64,000 nucleotides of DNA. Origin: Anaerolineaceae bacterium (GTDB lineage: Bacteria > Chloroflexota > Anaerolineae > Anaerolineales > Anaerolineaceae). Under the pieces are notes generated by a model. It did not search any database. It was not told the DNA's origin and saw only the letters and a program-made list of their open reading frames with translations. Below, piece after piece: positions 28,163 through 38,075 of the stretch. The stretch covers positions 1,900 through 65,899 of the forward strand of contig JAFGLU010000067.1 of the NCBI GenBank assembly GCA_016927865.1. The letters are read 5' to 3'. The translations under genes were made by a program, and so were the position numbers. How positions within the stretch are numbered: the first letter of the stretch is position 1; every line of letters begins with the position of its first letter.

Positions 28163-29217
28163 TCAACGCAAAATCCAAACGACTCATAGAATTAGCGCTC
28201 CTCACATTTCTCATTCTGCTTTACTTGTTGTATGTAGGCTTTGTGATCTCAAAAGATCAAGGCCCCATTGATTACGAAACCTTCATGCAAATTGGCGCGC
28301 GTTTTTTGGGAGGGGAAGAAGTTTACATAGAAAACAGCTACTACCCCTTACCCTACGTAATGGTATTTGCGTTCTTTTCCTGGCTCCCTCGTCCACTCAG
28401 CATGGCTTTGTGGCTCCTGCTGCCAGTCGTTGCGGGACTGTGGATTAGCGGTTGGAAACCCTGGGTATTACTCTTTGGCCCCCTCTTCGCCCATTTTGTC
28501 GGTGGGCAAAGCGCCTTGTTTGCATTGCTCGGATTTCAAGGTTTCAAGAAAAACCTCTCGGAGGATCATTGGCGAGGCGGCGCCTGGCTGGCTCTCACGC
28601 TCCTCAAACCACAGCTAGGGCTGGTTCCGGTACTCTTTGCGACGTATCTGTGGTGGAAATCATGGAAATCAAACCGCCGTATTCCTCGGCAGTTACTGGG
28701 ATGGGCAGTAGCGACAGCACTTTTATACATTCCATCCTTCATCATCCGTCCCGATTGGCCCATTATTTGGCTTTCAAACCCTCGCCCATTTTTTGAAAGG
28801 GCAATGGCCGGTTTCGCTCCGCGAACCCTGCTCTTTTTCATGGAACCGGGTTTATTCTATGGACTCATCCTGGTTAGTTTGGCTGTTGGATTGTTTCTGT
28901 TGGCCTGGCGCCATCGGGCTGCAAATTCCCGTCTCGATCTGTTGATGCTGTCGTATTTTATTGTCTCGCCCCTTGTACACGATTACGACCTGATTCAATT
29001 AATCCCTACGATTCAAGACCGCCAGATCCATTGGACGGCTGTGCTATTGTCCATTCCTTCCTGGGCGGTCATTCTGCTAGCTTATGAAGTAGACTCGGCA
29101 TGGTATGCGGTCACAATCATTGCTCCGGGTCTTCTTCTTGCCTATCTGTTTCGTCGTCCTCAAACTTATCTAAAATCTTCCGCAGGTTCTCTTCCCACAC
29201 ATCATCCAGCGGAATGA
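28159..29217 (+). CDS. GT-C/GT87-like (DUF2029) membrane glycosyltransferase
   Basis: True start ATG 28159 (ATGA overlap with fadD stop). Multi-TM with IDY, YYPLP, GQ, LKPQ and HDYD motifs. Confidence 0.7.
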   Translation: MINAKSKRLIELALLTFLILLYLLYVGFVISKDQGPIDYETFMQIGARFLGGEEVYIENSYYPLPYVMVFAFFSWLPRPLSMALWLLLPVVAGLWISGWKPWVLLFGPLFAHFVGGQSALFALLGFQGFKKNLSEDHWRGGAWLALTLLKPQLGLVPVLFATYLWWKSWKSNRRIPRQLLGWAVATALLYIPSFIIRPDWPIIWLSNPRPFFERAMAGFAPRTLLFFMEPGLFYGLILVSLAVGLFLLAWRHRAANSRLDLLMLSYFIVSPLVHDYDLIQLIPTIQDRQIHWTAVLLSIPSWAVILLAYEVDSAWYAVTIIAPGLLLAYLFRRPQTYLKSSAGSLPTHHPAE

Positions 29218-30073
29218 AGTGCTTTTCGTCGTAATCCTCCGCCAGTTTTCGGAAGTAATCCTTCACGCCTGCGTCTGGAGCCAGCTTGTCAAACTCATCG
29301 ATGCGCTTGGCCAGTTCATAAGTCAGCGCTTTGCTCTGGGTCGATAGTTCGCCCAAATCAAAGCTGGTTTTGAACATGTAATTGATCCGCCGCAAAATGC
29401 TCAGCCAGGCCACATAATCATTTTCAATGCGCACGGTATGGCCGATCTGGGCCATATTCGAAAAGTCGTACAGCGGCACCAATCCGTACATGCCGACAAA
29501 CTGCATACCCTGCTCGCCCGCTCGCCGGCAGATATATGAGCTGATGCTCGAGCCGCCCTGGTACTCGGTCAGGCTCAGTGCCAGCCCTTTCATCTCTTCC
29601 TTCATCGCGCGCAGGCTGTAGCTACCCGACACGGTGCGCTCTTTTTCATAAGGCAGCTCGCCGTACACGCCCCCCAGCCCCACGATCCGCCGCACGCCCA
29701 ACTCGCGAGCCATGCTCAAAAACGCGCGCGCATAGCGCTCGATGTCCATGTGCGGCTCGTCACCCAAAAAGATCACCACGCCCCGGCGGCTGTTTTCAGT
29801 GTAGTAGAAACGGTTTTCCGGTGTGTCCAACTCGGCGGGGAAGCCCTCGTCAAAGCGGACAATCGGGCGCATCAAATCATGCGTTCCGGGGATCTGGAAC
29901 AGGTAATACCCCTCCGGCGGAATCGAGCCGATCAGCCGGGCCCCGCTCAACTCAACCAGGTATTCTGGCAGCCCGGAGGATACCGCCCCGGCATCCGCCC
30001 ACTGCCGCCACCCGGCAATCATATACATTTCATCGGCTTGAGGTTTTTCCAGCAGCTCATACAGGCTTGACAT
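29117..30073 (-). CDS. PAC2 (proteasome assembly chaperone) family protein
   Basis: IAGWRQWADAGAVSS, RPIV, FLGDEPH and GLGGVYGELPY motifs; acidic C-terminus. Confidence 0.8.
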   Translation of the reverse strand: MSSLYELLEKPQADEMYMIAGWRQWADAGAVSSGLPEYLVELSGARLIGSIPPEGYYLFQIPGTHDLMRPIVRFDEGFPAELDTPENRFYYTENSRRGVVIFLGDEPHMDIERYARAFLSMARELGVRRIVGLGGVYGELPYEKERTVSGSYSLRAMKEEMKGLALSLTEYQGGSSISSYICRRAGEQGMQFVGMYGLVPLYDFSNMAQIGHTVRIENDYVAWLSILRRINYMFKTSFDLGELSTQSKALTYELAKRIDEFDKLAPDAGVKDYFRKLAEDYDEKHFIPLDDVWEENLRKILDKFEDDETDRQEEDPEQ

Positions 30074-30168
30074 ACGCACCTCCGCTTCTGATATCAGTAT
30101 ACCATCAGCCCCAAAATGCGGATTTCACCACGCTGATTCCCAACGGTCCCATTCTTGTGAAGTCAAAG

Positions 30169-30227
30169 GGGTTCTTCCTTCCCTAAATCCGGCCCTGCGG
30201 ATTTGGGGGAGGGCAGGGAGGGGGTCG
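30169..30227. repeat. C/G-rich palindromic REP-like element (same family as 54560-54633)
   Basis: Reverse complement gaccccctccctgccctccccc-aaatccg...cggattt-agggaagg matches gcccccaccctgccctccccc at 54560. Confidence 0.65.
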
Positions 30228-30229
30228 CC

Positions 30230-31204
30230 TCACGCGTTGAACTCAAACCGCCGCTTCCAGCGCTTCTCCTGCCCCGGCTGGAGGTCGATTTCTACAAACA
30301 CCTCCACGCTGATCACATGCGCCTCGCCCCACATCGCCACGCGGCAGGGAGCAAAATCGTCGTATTCCCGCATGCTCACCCCGCTGGACAGGTGGCACAG
30401 TTCCCACTGCGGCTGCTCGCTGCGCTCAAACCCCAACGTGCGGCAGTAAAATGACCGCTGCGGCGTTTGCTTCAACCGGATGACTTTCCCCTGCACTTCC
30501 AAAGGCTCAATGGATTTTTCCGCATAGGTTTTGTCAATCCGCGCCCGCAGGAAACCGGGCAGCAGCTTCATGATGCCCACCACCGGCGCCGAGGTCTTTT
30601 CCAGGGCCACTTCATAGGGAAATGTCACCTGGTAGTCCGGCCCCAGGCGCACATCATCGATTGCGACAAAATTATGCACATACTCGTTCGTTTGGATCGG
30701 CTTGCTGCCTGTGTTTTCCATGCGGTAAGCGATTTCAAGCTGGTTCTCCAGCACCGTCAGAGTCTTGGTTTGCCGGGCCGCATAGCCCATGCAGTCTACC
30801 GGCTCGATCGAAAAAGTAACGCTCGTCTCCGTGCTGCTAATCTCGATCGGAAAAGGCTGGACAATCGGGCGCGGGTCCCAAAAACTGTATTTCTCCTTCG
30901 GCCCGCGCCGCAGCAGCCCCACCCCAAACTTGGGAAAAGCATCCTCTTCACCTGCCTCCGCATACCCGGTGCCAACGTCAATTCCGAACTCATTGCAAAT
31001 GCCAATTCCCCCCGTGCCCTGACCGGGCGTCAGCGACTCCGGGATGCAGAAGGTGTGCTTGCCGTCCAGCACTACCTGGGTAACAAATCCGGTCCAGTCA
31101 AAACGGGTACCCTGATAAATTGTTCCGGGCCGGGCAACTTCAACCGCCAGACGACGGCTGTTCAAGCGAAGAGGTTCAAACGCATCAGTTGGCATAAGTT
31201 GCAT
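30230..31204 (-). CDS. Hypothetical protein, galactose mutarotase-like beta-sandwich suspected
   Basis: Long ORF with host codon usage; RFDWTG, EFG, FPKFGVG, YVHNF and SVEVF segments. Confidence 0.7.
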   Translation of the reverse strand: MQLMPTDAFEPLRLNSRRLAVEVARPGTIYQGTRFDWTGFVTQVVLDGKHTFCIPESLTPGQGTGGIGICNEFGIDVGTGYAEAGEEDAFPKFGVGLLRRGPKEKYSFWDPRPIVQPFPIEISSTETSVTFSIEPVDCMGYAARQTKTLTVLENQLEIAYRMENTGSKPIQTNEYVHNFVAIDDVRLGPDYQVTFPYEVALEKTSAPVVGIMKLLPGFLRARIDKTYAEKSIEPLEVQGKVIRLKQTPQRSFYCRTLGFERSEQPQWELCHLSSGVSMREYDDFAPCRVAMWGEAHVISVEVFVEIDLQPGQEKRWKRRFEFNA

Positions 31205-31402
31205 AATCTCCCGGGAATTCGATTTTGGGGTACTGACAGGTCAAGCAGAGCACCGGTCAGGAAAATTAAAAGCCCAACCATGCTGAACCCCACCAGCCCC
31301 CCCATTATAACGGAGATCACAAAAATGCTTGAAGGAAATTGTGATTCTTACAAATTTTGTGATCACCCGGAGAGTGGCGAATGCTCCCGAATTGATTGAG
31401 GC

Positions 31403-31440
31403 GCCTCGTAGGGGCAATTCATGAATTTCCCCTACGAGGC
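31403..31440. repeat. GTAG-type REP palindrome
   Basis: gcctcGTAGgggcaattc-at-gaatttcccCTACgaggc. Confidence 0.7.
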
Positions 31441-31536
31441 ACCCATCTGGCTAAGTGGATACTATATTTTGTTTATGGGTATTTGCCTTCAGGTAAATAA
31501 AAAATAGAGCGGCACAATCCTGTATAATTACAATTG

Positions 31537-33654
31537 ATGCCCGACCTCAATTGCCTTTTTCTCCCTGCCGAACTGGCCCGCTTGCAAGTGCTCTTGCAGC
31601 GCTGCGTGCTGGGCTGGCAGCGCGCCGGGCAGGACCCCGCCGACCCCTACCGTGGATTGTACATCGCCGACACGACCGCCCAACATCTGGCCCAGCGCCC
31701 GCCGCTGACCACATGGGGCCAAAGTGCAGCCCTCTCTGCGGAAGAAGAAGCCGCCTTTGCCGCCGCCTCCGAGCAAGCCGCGGCAGCCTCCAGCCAGATC
31801 GCAGCGCAAATGCAAGCCTCCGGCGAGACTCCCCGCCTGGATGCGCTGGCAGCTCTCTTTGGACTCAACGCCTTCGAGCGGGACGTGTACCTCCTGGCCC
31901 TGGCCCCCGAACTGGACCGCGCCTTCGAGCAGATCTACGGCTACCTGCAAGATGACGTGACCCGCAAACAAGCCACCCTCAACCTGGCCCTCAACGTACT
32001 CGTCCACGGTGACAGCGAGCGCCTGGCGGCTCTGGCCTCACTCAACCCGGCCAACCCGCTCTTCGCCTTCCACTTGCTGCGTTTCAACAGCGACGCCGCC
32101 CCCCTGCCCCGCCAAAACCGCCCTCTGCGGGTGGATGAAACCGTGCTGGCCTGGCTGCTGGATGGCTCCTATGCCCCCAACGCCCCGCTGGACGATCTGG
32201 CCCGCCTCTTGCCCGCCACCGAACCCGACAACAGCGACCTGCGCCCGCGCCTGGAAAGCGCTCTGGCCGCCCAGGCTGTGTTATGCCTGCACGGGCTGGA
32301 CGAAACCGCCCGCCGCGGCGCGGCCCTGCAAGCCGCCGTCCTGGCCAATCGTCCTCTGCTGTCCATCCATCTGACCTCCGCCGTTGATCGCCCCTTGCTG
32401 CCCCTAGTTCGCCGGGCTTTGCGCGACGCCCGTCTTCTGCAAGCGATGGTGTGCTTTGAAGGTTGGGAAACCTGCCTCGAAGGGCAGTCCCCCCCGCCCG
32501 ACCTGCTGGCCGAAGTATGCGACCATCCCGGCCCGGTCATCCTCTCGGCCCGCCGTGAGTGGCGCGCCGCGCGCACGCCCCGCCAGCGCCGCCTGGCCTG
32601 GCTGGCCTTCGACAACCCCGACTACACCCGCCGCGTCGAGCTGTGGCAGGAGGCCCTGGGCCGCCCCGAGCGCGAGGTGGCCTTCCTGGCCGGTTCGTTC
32701 AAGCTCAGCAGCGGGCAAATCCGTGACGCCGTTCAGGCTGCCGCCGATGCCGCCGGGCTGGAAAACCGCCCCGTTCAGGACGAAGACCTCTTCGCCGCCG
32801 CCCGGGCCCAGTCCAACCCCAGCCTGTCCATGCTGGCCCAGGCCATCACGCCCCGCTACACCTGGAACGACCTGATTTTGCCCGATGACCCGCTGGCCCA
32901 ACTGCGCGAAATCGTCACCGCCGTGCGCAGCCGCGCCCAGGTGCTGGAAGGTTGGGGCCTGGGGCGCAAGCTGGCCTCCAGCCTCGGCGTCACGGTGCTC
33001 TTCGCCGGGCCGCCCGGCACCGGCAAGACCATGGCCGCCCAGATCATCGCCGGGGAGTTGGGCCTGTCCCTTTACCGCATCGACCTATCTTCGGTCGTCT
33101 CCAAGTACATCGGCGAGACCGAAAAGAACCTGGCAGAAGTCTTCTCGCAAGCCGAAGCCAGCAACGCCATCCTCTTCTTTGATGAGGCCGACGCGCTCTT
33201 CGGCAAGCGCTCCGAAGTGCGCGATTCGCACGACCGCTACGCCAACGTAGAGATCAGCTACCTGCTGCAGCGCATGGAAGCCTACGATGGAGTCACCATC
33301 CTGGCTACCAACCTGCGCGCCAACCTGGACGAAGCCTTTACTCGCCGCCTGCAGTACGCGGTGGACTTCCCCTTCCCCGAGGAAGCCGACCGCCTGCGCA
33401 TCTGGCGCACGCTCTTTCCGCCCGAAGTGCCCGCACTGCCAAACCTGGACTTCGACCTGCTGGCCAAACGCTTCAAGCTGGCCGGTGGCAACATCCGCAA
33501 CATCATCCTCAATGCAGCCTACCTGGCTGCCGCCGAAGACCAGCCCCTGGAAATGCGGCACCTCCTGCACAGCACGCGCCGCGAACTGCAGAAAATGGGC
33601 CGCTTGCTGGGCGAAAACGATTTCCAAATCGAGACTACTCAGCCAAAAGCGTAA
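31537..33654 (+). CDS. AAA+ ATPase of the Afp15/Pvc15 (contractile injection system-associated) type
   Basis: N-terminal LAPELDR...YGYLQDD winged-helix-like region, a degenerate first AAA, and an intact second AAA: GPPGTGKT, SKYIGETEKNL, FFDEADALFGKRSEVRDSHDRYAN. Confidence 0.85.
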   Translation: MPDLNCLFLPAELARLQVLLQRCVLGWQRAGQDPADPYRGLYIADTTAQHLAQRPPLTTWGQSAALSAEEEAAFAAASEQAAAASSQIAAQMQASGETPRLDALAALFGLNAFERDVYLLALAPELDRAFEQIYGYLQDDVTRKQATLNLALNVLVHGDSERLAALASLNPANPLFAFHLLRFNSDAAPLPRQNRPLRVDETVLAWLLDGSYAPNAPLDDLARLLPATEPDNSDLRPRLESALAAQAVLCLHGLDETARRGAALQAAVLANRPLLSIHLTSAVDRPLLPLVRRALRDARLLQAMVCFEGWETCLEGQSPPPDLLAEVCDHPGPVILSARREWRAARTPRQRRLAWLAFDNPDYTRRVELWQEALGRPEREVAFLAGSFKLSSGQIRDAVQAAADAAGLENRPVQDEDLFAAARAQSNPSLSMLAQAITPRYTWNDLILPDDPLAQLREIVTAVRSRAQVLEGWGLGRKLASSLGVTVLFAGPPGTGKTMAAQIIAGELGLSLYRIDLSSVVSKYIGETEKNLAEVFSQAEASNAILFFDEADALFGKRSEVRDSHDRYANVEISYLLQRMEAYDGVTILATNLRANLDEAFTRRLQYAVDFPFPEEADRLRIWRTLFPPEVPALPNLDFDLLAKRFKLAGGNIRNIILNAAYLAAAEDQPLEMRHLLHSTRRELQKMGRLLGENDFQIETTQPKA

Positions 33655-33711
33655 GAACTTTCTTCAACCTCATAACAATTCCTCCAAATCGATTAATCCA
33701 CGGAGAAGACA

Positions 33712-34974
33712 ATGACAAAAGAAACCATGCAGTGGTACCTGGATGCACGCTTTGGTATGTTCATTCACTGGGGCCTATATGCCATCCCCGCCCGCGGCGA
33801 ATGGGTGAAACAGCAGGAACGCATCGTCGAGGAAGACTACCAGCCCTTCTTCGAGACCTTCAACCCCATCCATTACGATCCGCGGGCCTGGGCCAAGGCT
33901 GCCCGCGCCGCCGGAATGAAATACGCCGTGATGACCTCCAAGCACCACGACGGCTTTTGCCTGTTCGACACCCAATACACCGATTACAAAGCCACCAACA
34001 CCCCCGCCGGGCGCGACCTGATAAAGGAATACGTCGAAGCCTTCCGCGCTGAGGGTCTCAAGGTCGGCTTCTATTACTCCCTGCTCGACTGGCACCATCC
34101 CGATTACCCAATCCAGGGCGACAGCATTCACCCCATGCGCAACCACCCCGATTTCAAAGACCACCAGGGCAACCTGCCACGCTACGCCGACTACATCCGC
34201 AACCAGGTCGAGGAACTACTCACTCACTACGGCAAAATCGACATCATCTGGTTCGACTTCTCCTATGACAACATGCGCGGCGAAGCCTGGAAAGGCACCG
34301 AGCTGGTCCAGATGGTGCGCAAGCTTCAACCCGGCATCATCATCGACAACCGCCTGGGCGGCAACATCAAAGCCCGCCAGCCCGAAGTCTTCGCCGGCGA
34401 CTTCGCCTCTCCCGAGCAGATCATCCCGCCCGAAGGAATGACCAACGAGGACGGCCAGCCCATTCCCTGGGAAGCCTGTATCACGCTCAACGATCACTGG
34501 GGCTACCACGCCTACGACAAGAACTGGAAATCGGCTAAGACGTTAGTGCGTGCCCTGGCCGAATGCGTCTCCAAGGGCGGCAACCTGCTGCTCAACGTCG
34601 GCCCTACCGCCAAGGGCGAGATCCCGCCCGAATGCCTGGATATCCTCGCCCAGGTCGGCGGCTGGATGCACAACAACGGCGCCTCCATCTACGGCTGCGG
34701 CAACGCCAATCTGGAAAAACCCGAATGGGGCCGCTTTACGCGCAGCGGCAGCCGCCTCTATGCCCACATCCTCGAGCGCGGCATCGGCCCGCTGAACTTG
34801 CGCGGGCTGCAAGATAAGGTGGTCTACGCCCGCCTTCTGGCCGACGACTCGCAAATCCGCCTGGATCGCCCCTGGAACGCCGCCGAATACCCCAACGACG
34901 CCTTCATCGCCTTCCCCAAATCGGAATTGCCCGATGACTGGGACACCGTGGTTGAACTGGTCTTAAAAGAATAG
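33712..34974 (+). CDS. Alpha-L-fucosidase (GH29), cytoplasmic
   Basis: RFGMFIHWG, SKHHDGFCL, YYSLLDW, IWFDF and GGNLLLNVGP motifs. Confidence 0.95.
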   Translation: MTKETMQWYLDARFGMFIHWGLYAIPARGEWVKQQERIVEEDYQPFFETFNPIHYDPRAWAKAARAAGMKYAVMTSKHHDGFCLFDTQYTDYKATNTPAGRDLIKEYVEAFRAEGLKVGFYYSLLDWHHPDYPIQGDSIHPMRNHPDFKDHQGNLPRYADYIRNQVEELLTHYGKIDIIWFDFSYDNMRGEAWKGTELVQMVRKLQPGIIIDNRLGGNIKARQPEVFAGDFASPEQIIPPEGMTNEDGQPIPWEACITLNDHWGYHAYDKNWKSAKTLVRALAECVSKGGNLLLNVGPTAKGEIPPECLDILAQVGGWMHNNGASIYGCGNANLEKPEWGRFTRSGSRLYAHILERGIGPLNLRGLQDKVVYARLLADDSQIRLDRPWNAAEYPNDAFIAFPKSELPDDWDTVVELVLKE

Positions 34975-35064
34975 GTACGATGCCGGAATTTCTTACACCC
35001 TCACCGGAACCCGGTATACAATAACATCATCCTCTAAGCCGTATATCAACCGAGGCAAATGTAT

Positions 35065-36462
35065 ATGAGTGTACAATTTCTCTCTCAACTTCAGTTTGCA
35101 GTCACAACCGTCTATCACTTCTTCTTCGTCCCGCTCACCTTGGGCCTGTCGGTGTTGGTTGCCATCATGGAAACCATCTACGTCACCAGCGGCAACGAGG
35201 TCTACAAACAAATGGCCAAGTTCTGGGGCAAGCTGTTCCTCATCAACTTCGCCATGGGCGTTGTCACCGGCATCGTCCAGGAGTTCCAGTTCGGCATGAA
35301 CTGGTCAGAATATTCACGCTTTGTGGGGGACATCTTCGGCGCGCCCCTGGCCATTGAAGCCCTGCTGGCCTTCTTCCTCGAGTCCACCTTCCTGGGCGTG
35401 TGGGTCTTCGGCTGGGATCGGCTCTCCAAGAAGATGCATGCCGCCACCATCTGGCTGGTGGCCATCGGCTCCAACCTCTCCGCCCTGTGGATCCTCATCG
35501 CCAACTCTTTTATGCAAAACCCGGTCGGCTTTGAAATTATCAACGGCCGCGCCGTGATGACCGACTTCGGCGCCCTCATCAACAACTACTACGTCTGGGC
35601 ACAATTCCCCCACACCGTCACCGGCGGATTCACCACCGGGGCCATGTTCGTCCTCGGCATCAGCGCCTACCATCTCGTCTACAAACGCCAGGAAGAATTC
35701 CGCGATTTCTTCAAGCGCTCCTTCAACATCGCCGCCGTGTTCGGGGCCATCTCCATTTTGTTGGTCGGCCTCATCGGCCACAACCAGACACAGCGCATGG
35801 TGCAGACCCAGCCCATGAAAATTGCCGCCGCCGAAGCGCTATGGGAAAGCGAAGACCCGGCCTCTTTCTCGCTCTTCACCGTCGGCGATGAAAAGAACCT
35901 CACCGACCGCTTCGCCATTCGCATCCCGGCATTGATCAGCATTCTGGCTTACAACAAGCCCAGCGGAGAGGTCAAAGGCATCCGCAATCTGCAAGCTGAG
36001 TACGAAGCTCTCTACGGCCCCGGCGATTACATCCCCTCGGTGTTCACCGCCTACTGGTCCTTCCGCGGCATGGTCGGCGCTGCCATGCTCATGCTGCTTG
36101 TCTTCGCCTTGGCCATGTGGTGGGTGATCAAAGATAAGGACATCGCCAAAATACGCCTCGGCAAATTCCACCTGGGGCGCTGGCTGCCTTATGCCATCGC
36201 CCTGCCATACCTGGCCAACACCACCGGCTGGCTGCTGACCGAAATGGGCCGCCAACCCTGGGTAGTCTTCGGGGTCATGAAAACCGAAGACGCCTACTCG
36301 CCCACCGTCACCGCCGGGATGGTGCTCACCTCCCTGATCGGCTTCACCTTGTTGTACGCCGTGCTGATGGCAGCGGACGTGTACTTGCTGTCGAAATTTG
36401 CCAAAGCGGGCCCTGTCAATACCGAAGCCGCCGACGATGCTCAGGCCGATCTGGCCTACTAA
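35065..36462 (+). CDS. cydA: Cytochrome bd ubiquinol oxidase subunit I (short Q-loop)
   Basis: QFAVTTVYHFFFVP, EFQFGMNW, QPMKIAAAE and EMGRQPW motifs. Confidence 0.97.
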   Translation: MSVQFLSQLQFAVTTVYHFFFVPLTLGLSVLVAIMETIYVTSGNEVYKQMAKFWGKLFLINFAMGVVTGIVQEFQFGMNWSEYSRFVGDIFGAPLAIEALLAFFLESTFLGVWVFGWDRLSKKMHAATIWLVAIGSNLSALWILIANSFMQNPVGFEIINGRAVMTDFGALINNYYVWAQFPHTVTGGFTTGAMFVLGISAYHLVYKRQEEFRDFFKRSFNIAAVFGAISILLVGLIGHNQTQRMVQTQPMKIAAAEALWESEDPASFSLFTVGDEKNLTDRFAIRIPALISILAYNKPSGEVKGIRNLQAEYEALYGPGDYIPSVFTAYWSFRGMVGAAMLMLLVFALAMWWVIKDKDIAKIRLGKFHLGRWLPYAIALPYLANTTGWLLTEMGRQPWVVFGVMKTEDAYSPTVTAGMVLTSLIGFTLLYAVLMAADVYLLSKFAKAGPVNTEAADDAQADLAY

Positions 36463-36474
36463 AAGGAGGGAACC

Positions 36475-37488
36475 ATGGAACTCAACACCTTATGGTTTGT
36501 GCTCATCGCCGTTCTATACATCGGCTACTTCATCCTCGACGGTTTCGACCTGGGCGTGGGCATCCTCCTGCCCTTCCTGGCCAAGGACGACCGCCGCCGC
36601 CGCGTGCTGATCAACACCATTGGCCCCCACTGGGACGGCAACGAGGTCTGGCTGCTCACCGCCGGCGGGGCCACCTTCGCGGCTTTTCCCGGCTGGTACG
36701 CCACCCTCTTCAGCGGTTTCTACCTGCCCCTGTTCTTCATTCTGGTCGCCCTCATCCTGCGCGGCGTGGCCTTTGAGTTCCGCAGTAAAGACGACAACCC
36801 CCGCTGGCGGGCTGCCTGGGATTGGGCCATTTTTGGCGGCAGCCTGGTGCCGGCCTTGCTGTGGGGCGTGGCTTTCACCAACTTCGTGCGCGGGGTGCCC
36901 ATCGATGCCAACATGAACTACGTGGGCGGTTTTTGGAACCTGCTCAACCCCTTTGCTTTGCTGGGCGGCGCCCTCTCGCTGCTGGCTTTCACCCTGCACG
37001 GCGCCTTGTTCCTCAGCCTGAAAACCACCGACGACCTGCGCGAAAAAGCTGAGCAGACCGCCTGGATGCTGTGGATTCCAACCGTCCTGGCCCTGGTGCT
37101 GTATGTCATCAGCCTGTACCTGCTCACCGACATCTTCGCCCGCCTAGGGATCAACCCCGGCATCATCCCCATTGCCGCGGTGTTCACCCTGCTGGCAACG
37201 GGATACTTCATCCGCGCCAAGCGCGGCGGCTGGGCCTTCGTCATGAGCAGCCTGTCCATCCTCTTTGCCGTCGCCACCATCTTCCGCATCCTTTACCCCC
37301 GTGTGCTCGTCTCCAGCATCGACACGCTCTACAGCTTGAACATCGTCAACACCGCTTCCAGCCCCTACACGCTGCGCATCATGTCCATCGTCGCCCTCAT
37401 CTTCGTGCCCATCGTCCTGGCTTACACCGCCTGGAGTTATTGGATCTTCCGCAAGCGCATCAGCCTGAAGGCGGATTTGCACTACTAG
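36475..37488 (+). CDS. cydB: Cytochrome bd ubiquinol oxidase subunit II
   Basis: LDGFDLGVG, WDGNEVWL and RGVAFEFR motifs. Confidence 0.97.
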   Translation: MELNTLWFVLIAVLYIGYFILDGFDLGVGILLPFLAKDDRRRRVLINTIGPHWDGNEVWLLTAGGATFAAFPGWYATLFSGFYLPLFFILVALILRGVAFEFRSKDDNPRWRAAWDWAIFGGSLVPALLWGVAFTNFVRGVPIDANMNYVGGFWNLLNPFALLGGALSLLAFTLHGALFLSLKTTDDLREKAEQTAWMLWIPTVLALVLYVISLYLLTDIFARLGINPGIIPIAAVFTLLATGYFIRAKRGGWAFVMSSLSILFAVATIFRILYPRVLVSSIDTLYSLNIVNTASSPYTLRIMSIVALIFVPIVLAYTAWSYWIFRKRISLKADLHY

Positions 37489-37513
37489 ACGGCCCATTGC
37501 TTTCGAAAAAATA

Positions 37514-37596
37514 CCTCGAATTTAAAGTGTATGCGGGGACTTTGTTCCCGCATACACTTTAAATTCGAGGGCTTTCTCCACTCTCTGAGTAGTTAC
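37514..37596. repeat. Intergenic element: long hairpin plus CTGAGTAGTTAC end
   Basis: cctcgaatttaaagtgtatgcggg...cccgcatacactttaaattcgagg followed by gctttctccactctctgagtagttac. Confidence 0.8.
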
Positions 37597-37642
37597 AAAT
37601 CGAGTAGAATAGAGTTTAGTACACCTCGGGAGGGACCCCTTA

Positions 37643-38032
37643 ATGGTCGAGCAGTACGACGCGATTTATATCGACGATGAACGGGACATGACCAACATGC
37701 TCTCCATGTTCATACAGGTGAAGCACAGAGACTGGCGCTTCCGCACCTACAACAACTCCCAGGACGCCTGGATTGAAATCATGGAAGATCGCGTAACGGC
37801 CAAAGTCTGGCTGCTCGATATCATGATGCCTTCCAAGGACGGCACGGTCATTGCCGAAGCGCTGGCCAAATACCACAATCCCCCGCCCATCGTTCTGGGT
37901 TACACCGCCCTCGACCCTTATTCCCTCAAAGATAATCCCAACTACAAAGATCGCTTGATGTACTTCAACCACATTCTCAACAAGCAAGACGACATCACCG
38001 ACTTGCTTGAATTGATCAAGATGTGGTTGTAA
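37643..38032 (+). CDS. Stand-alone receiver (CheY-like) response regulator
   Basis: IYIDDE, WLLDIMMP, GYTA and ILNK conserved receiver residues. Confidence 0.85.
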   Translation: MVEQYDAIYIDDERDMTNMLSMFIQVKHRDWRFRTYNNSQDAWIEIMEDRVTAKVWLLDIMMPSKDGTVIAEALAKYHNPPPIVLGYTALDPYSLKDNPNYKDRLMYFNHILNKQDDITDLLELIKMWL

Positions 38033-38075
38033 ATCTTCCGACATACCCACACATCCCCCCAAAAAGAGGTCCATC

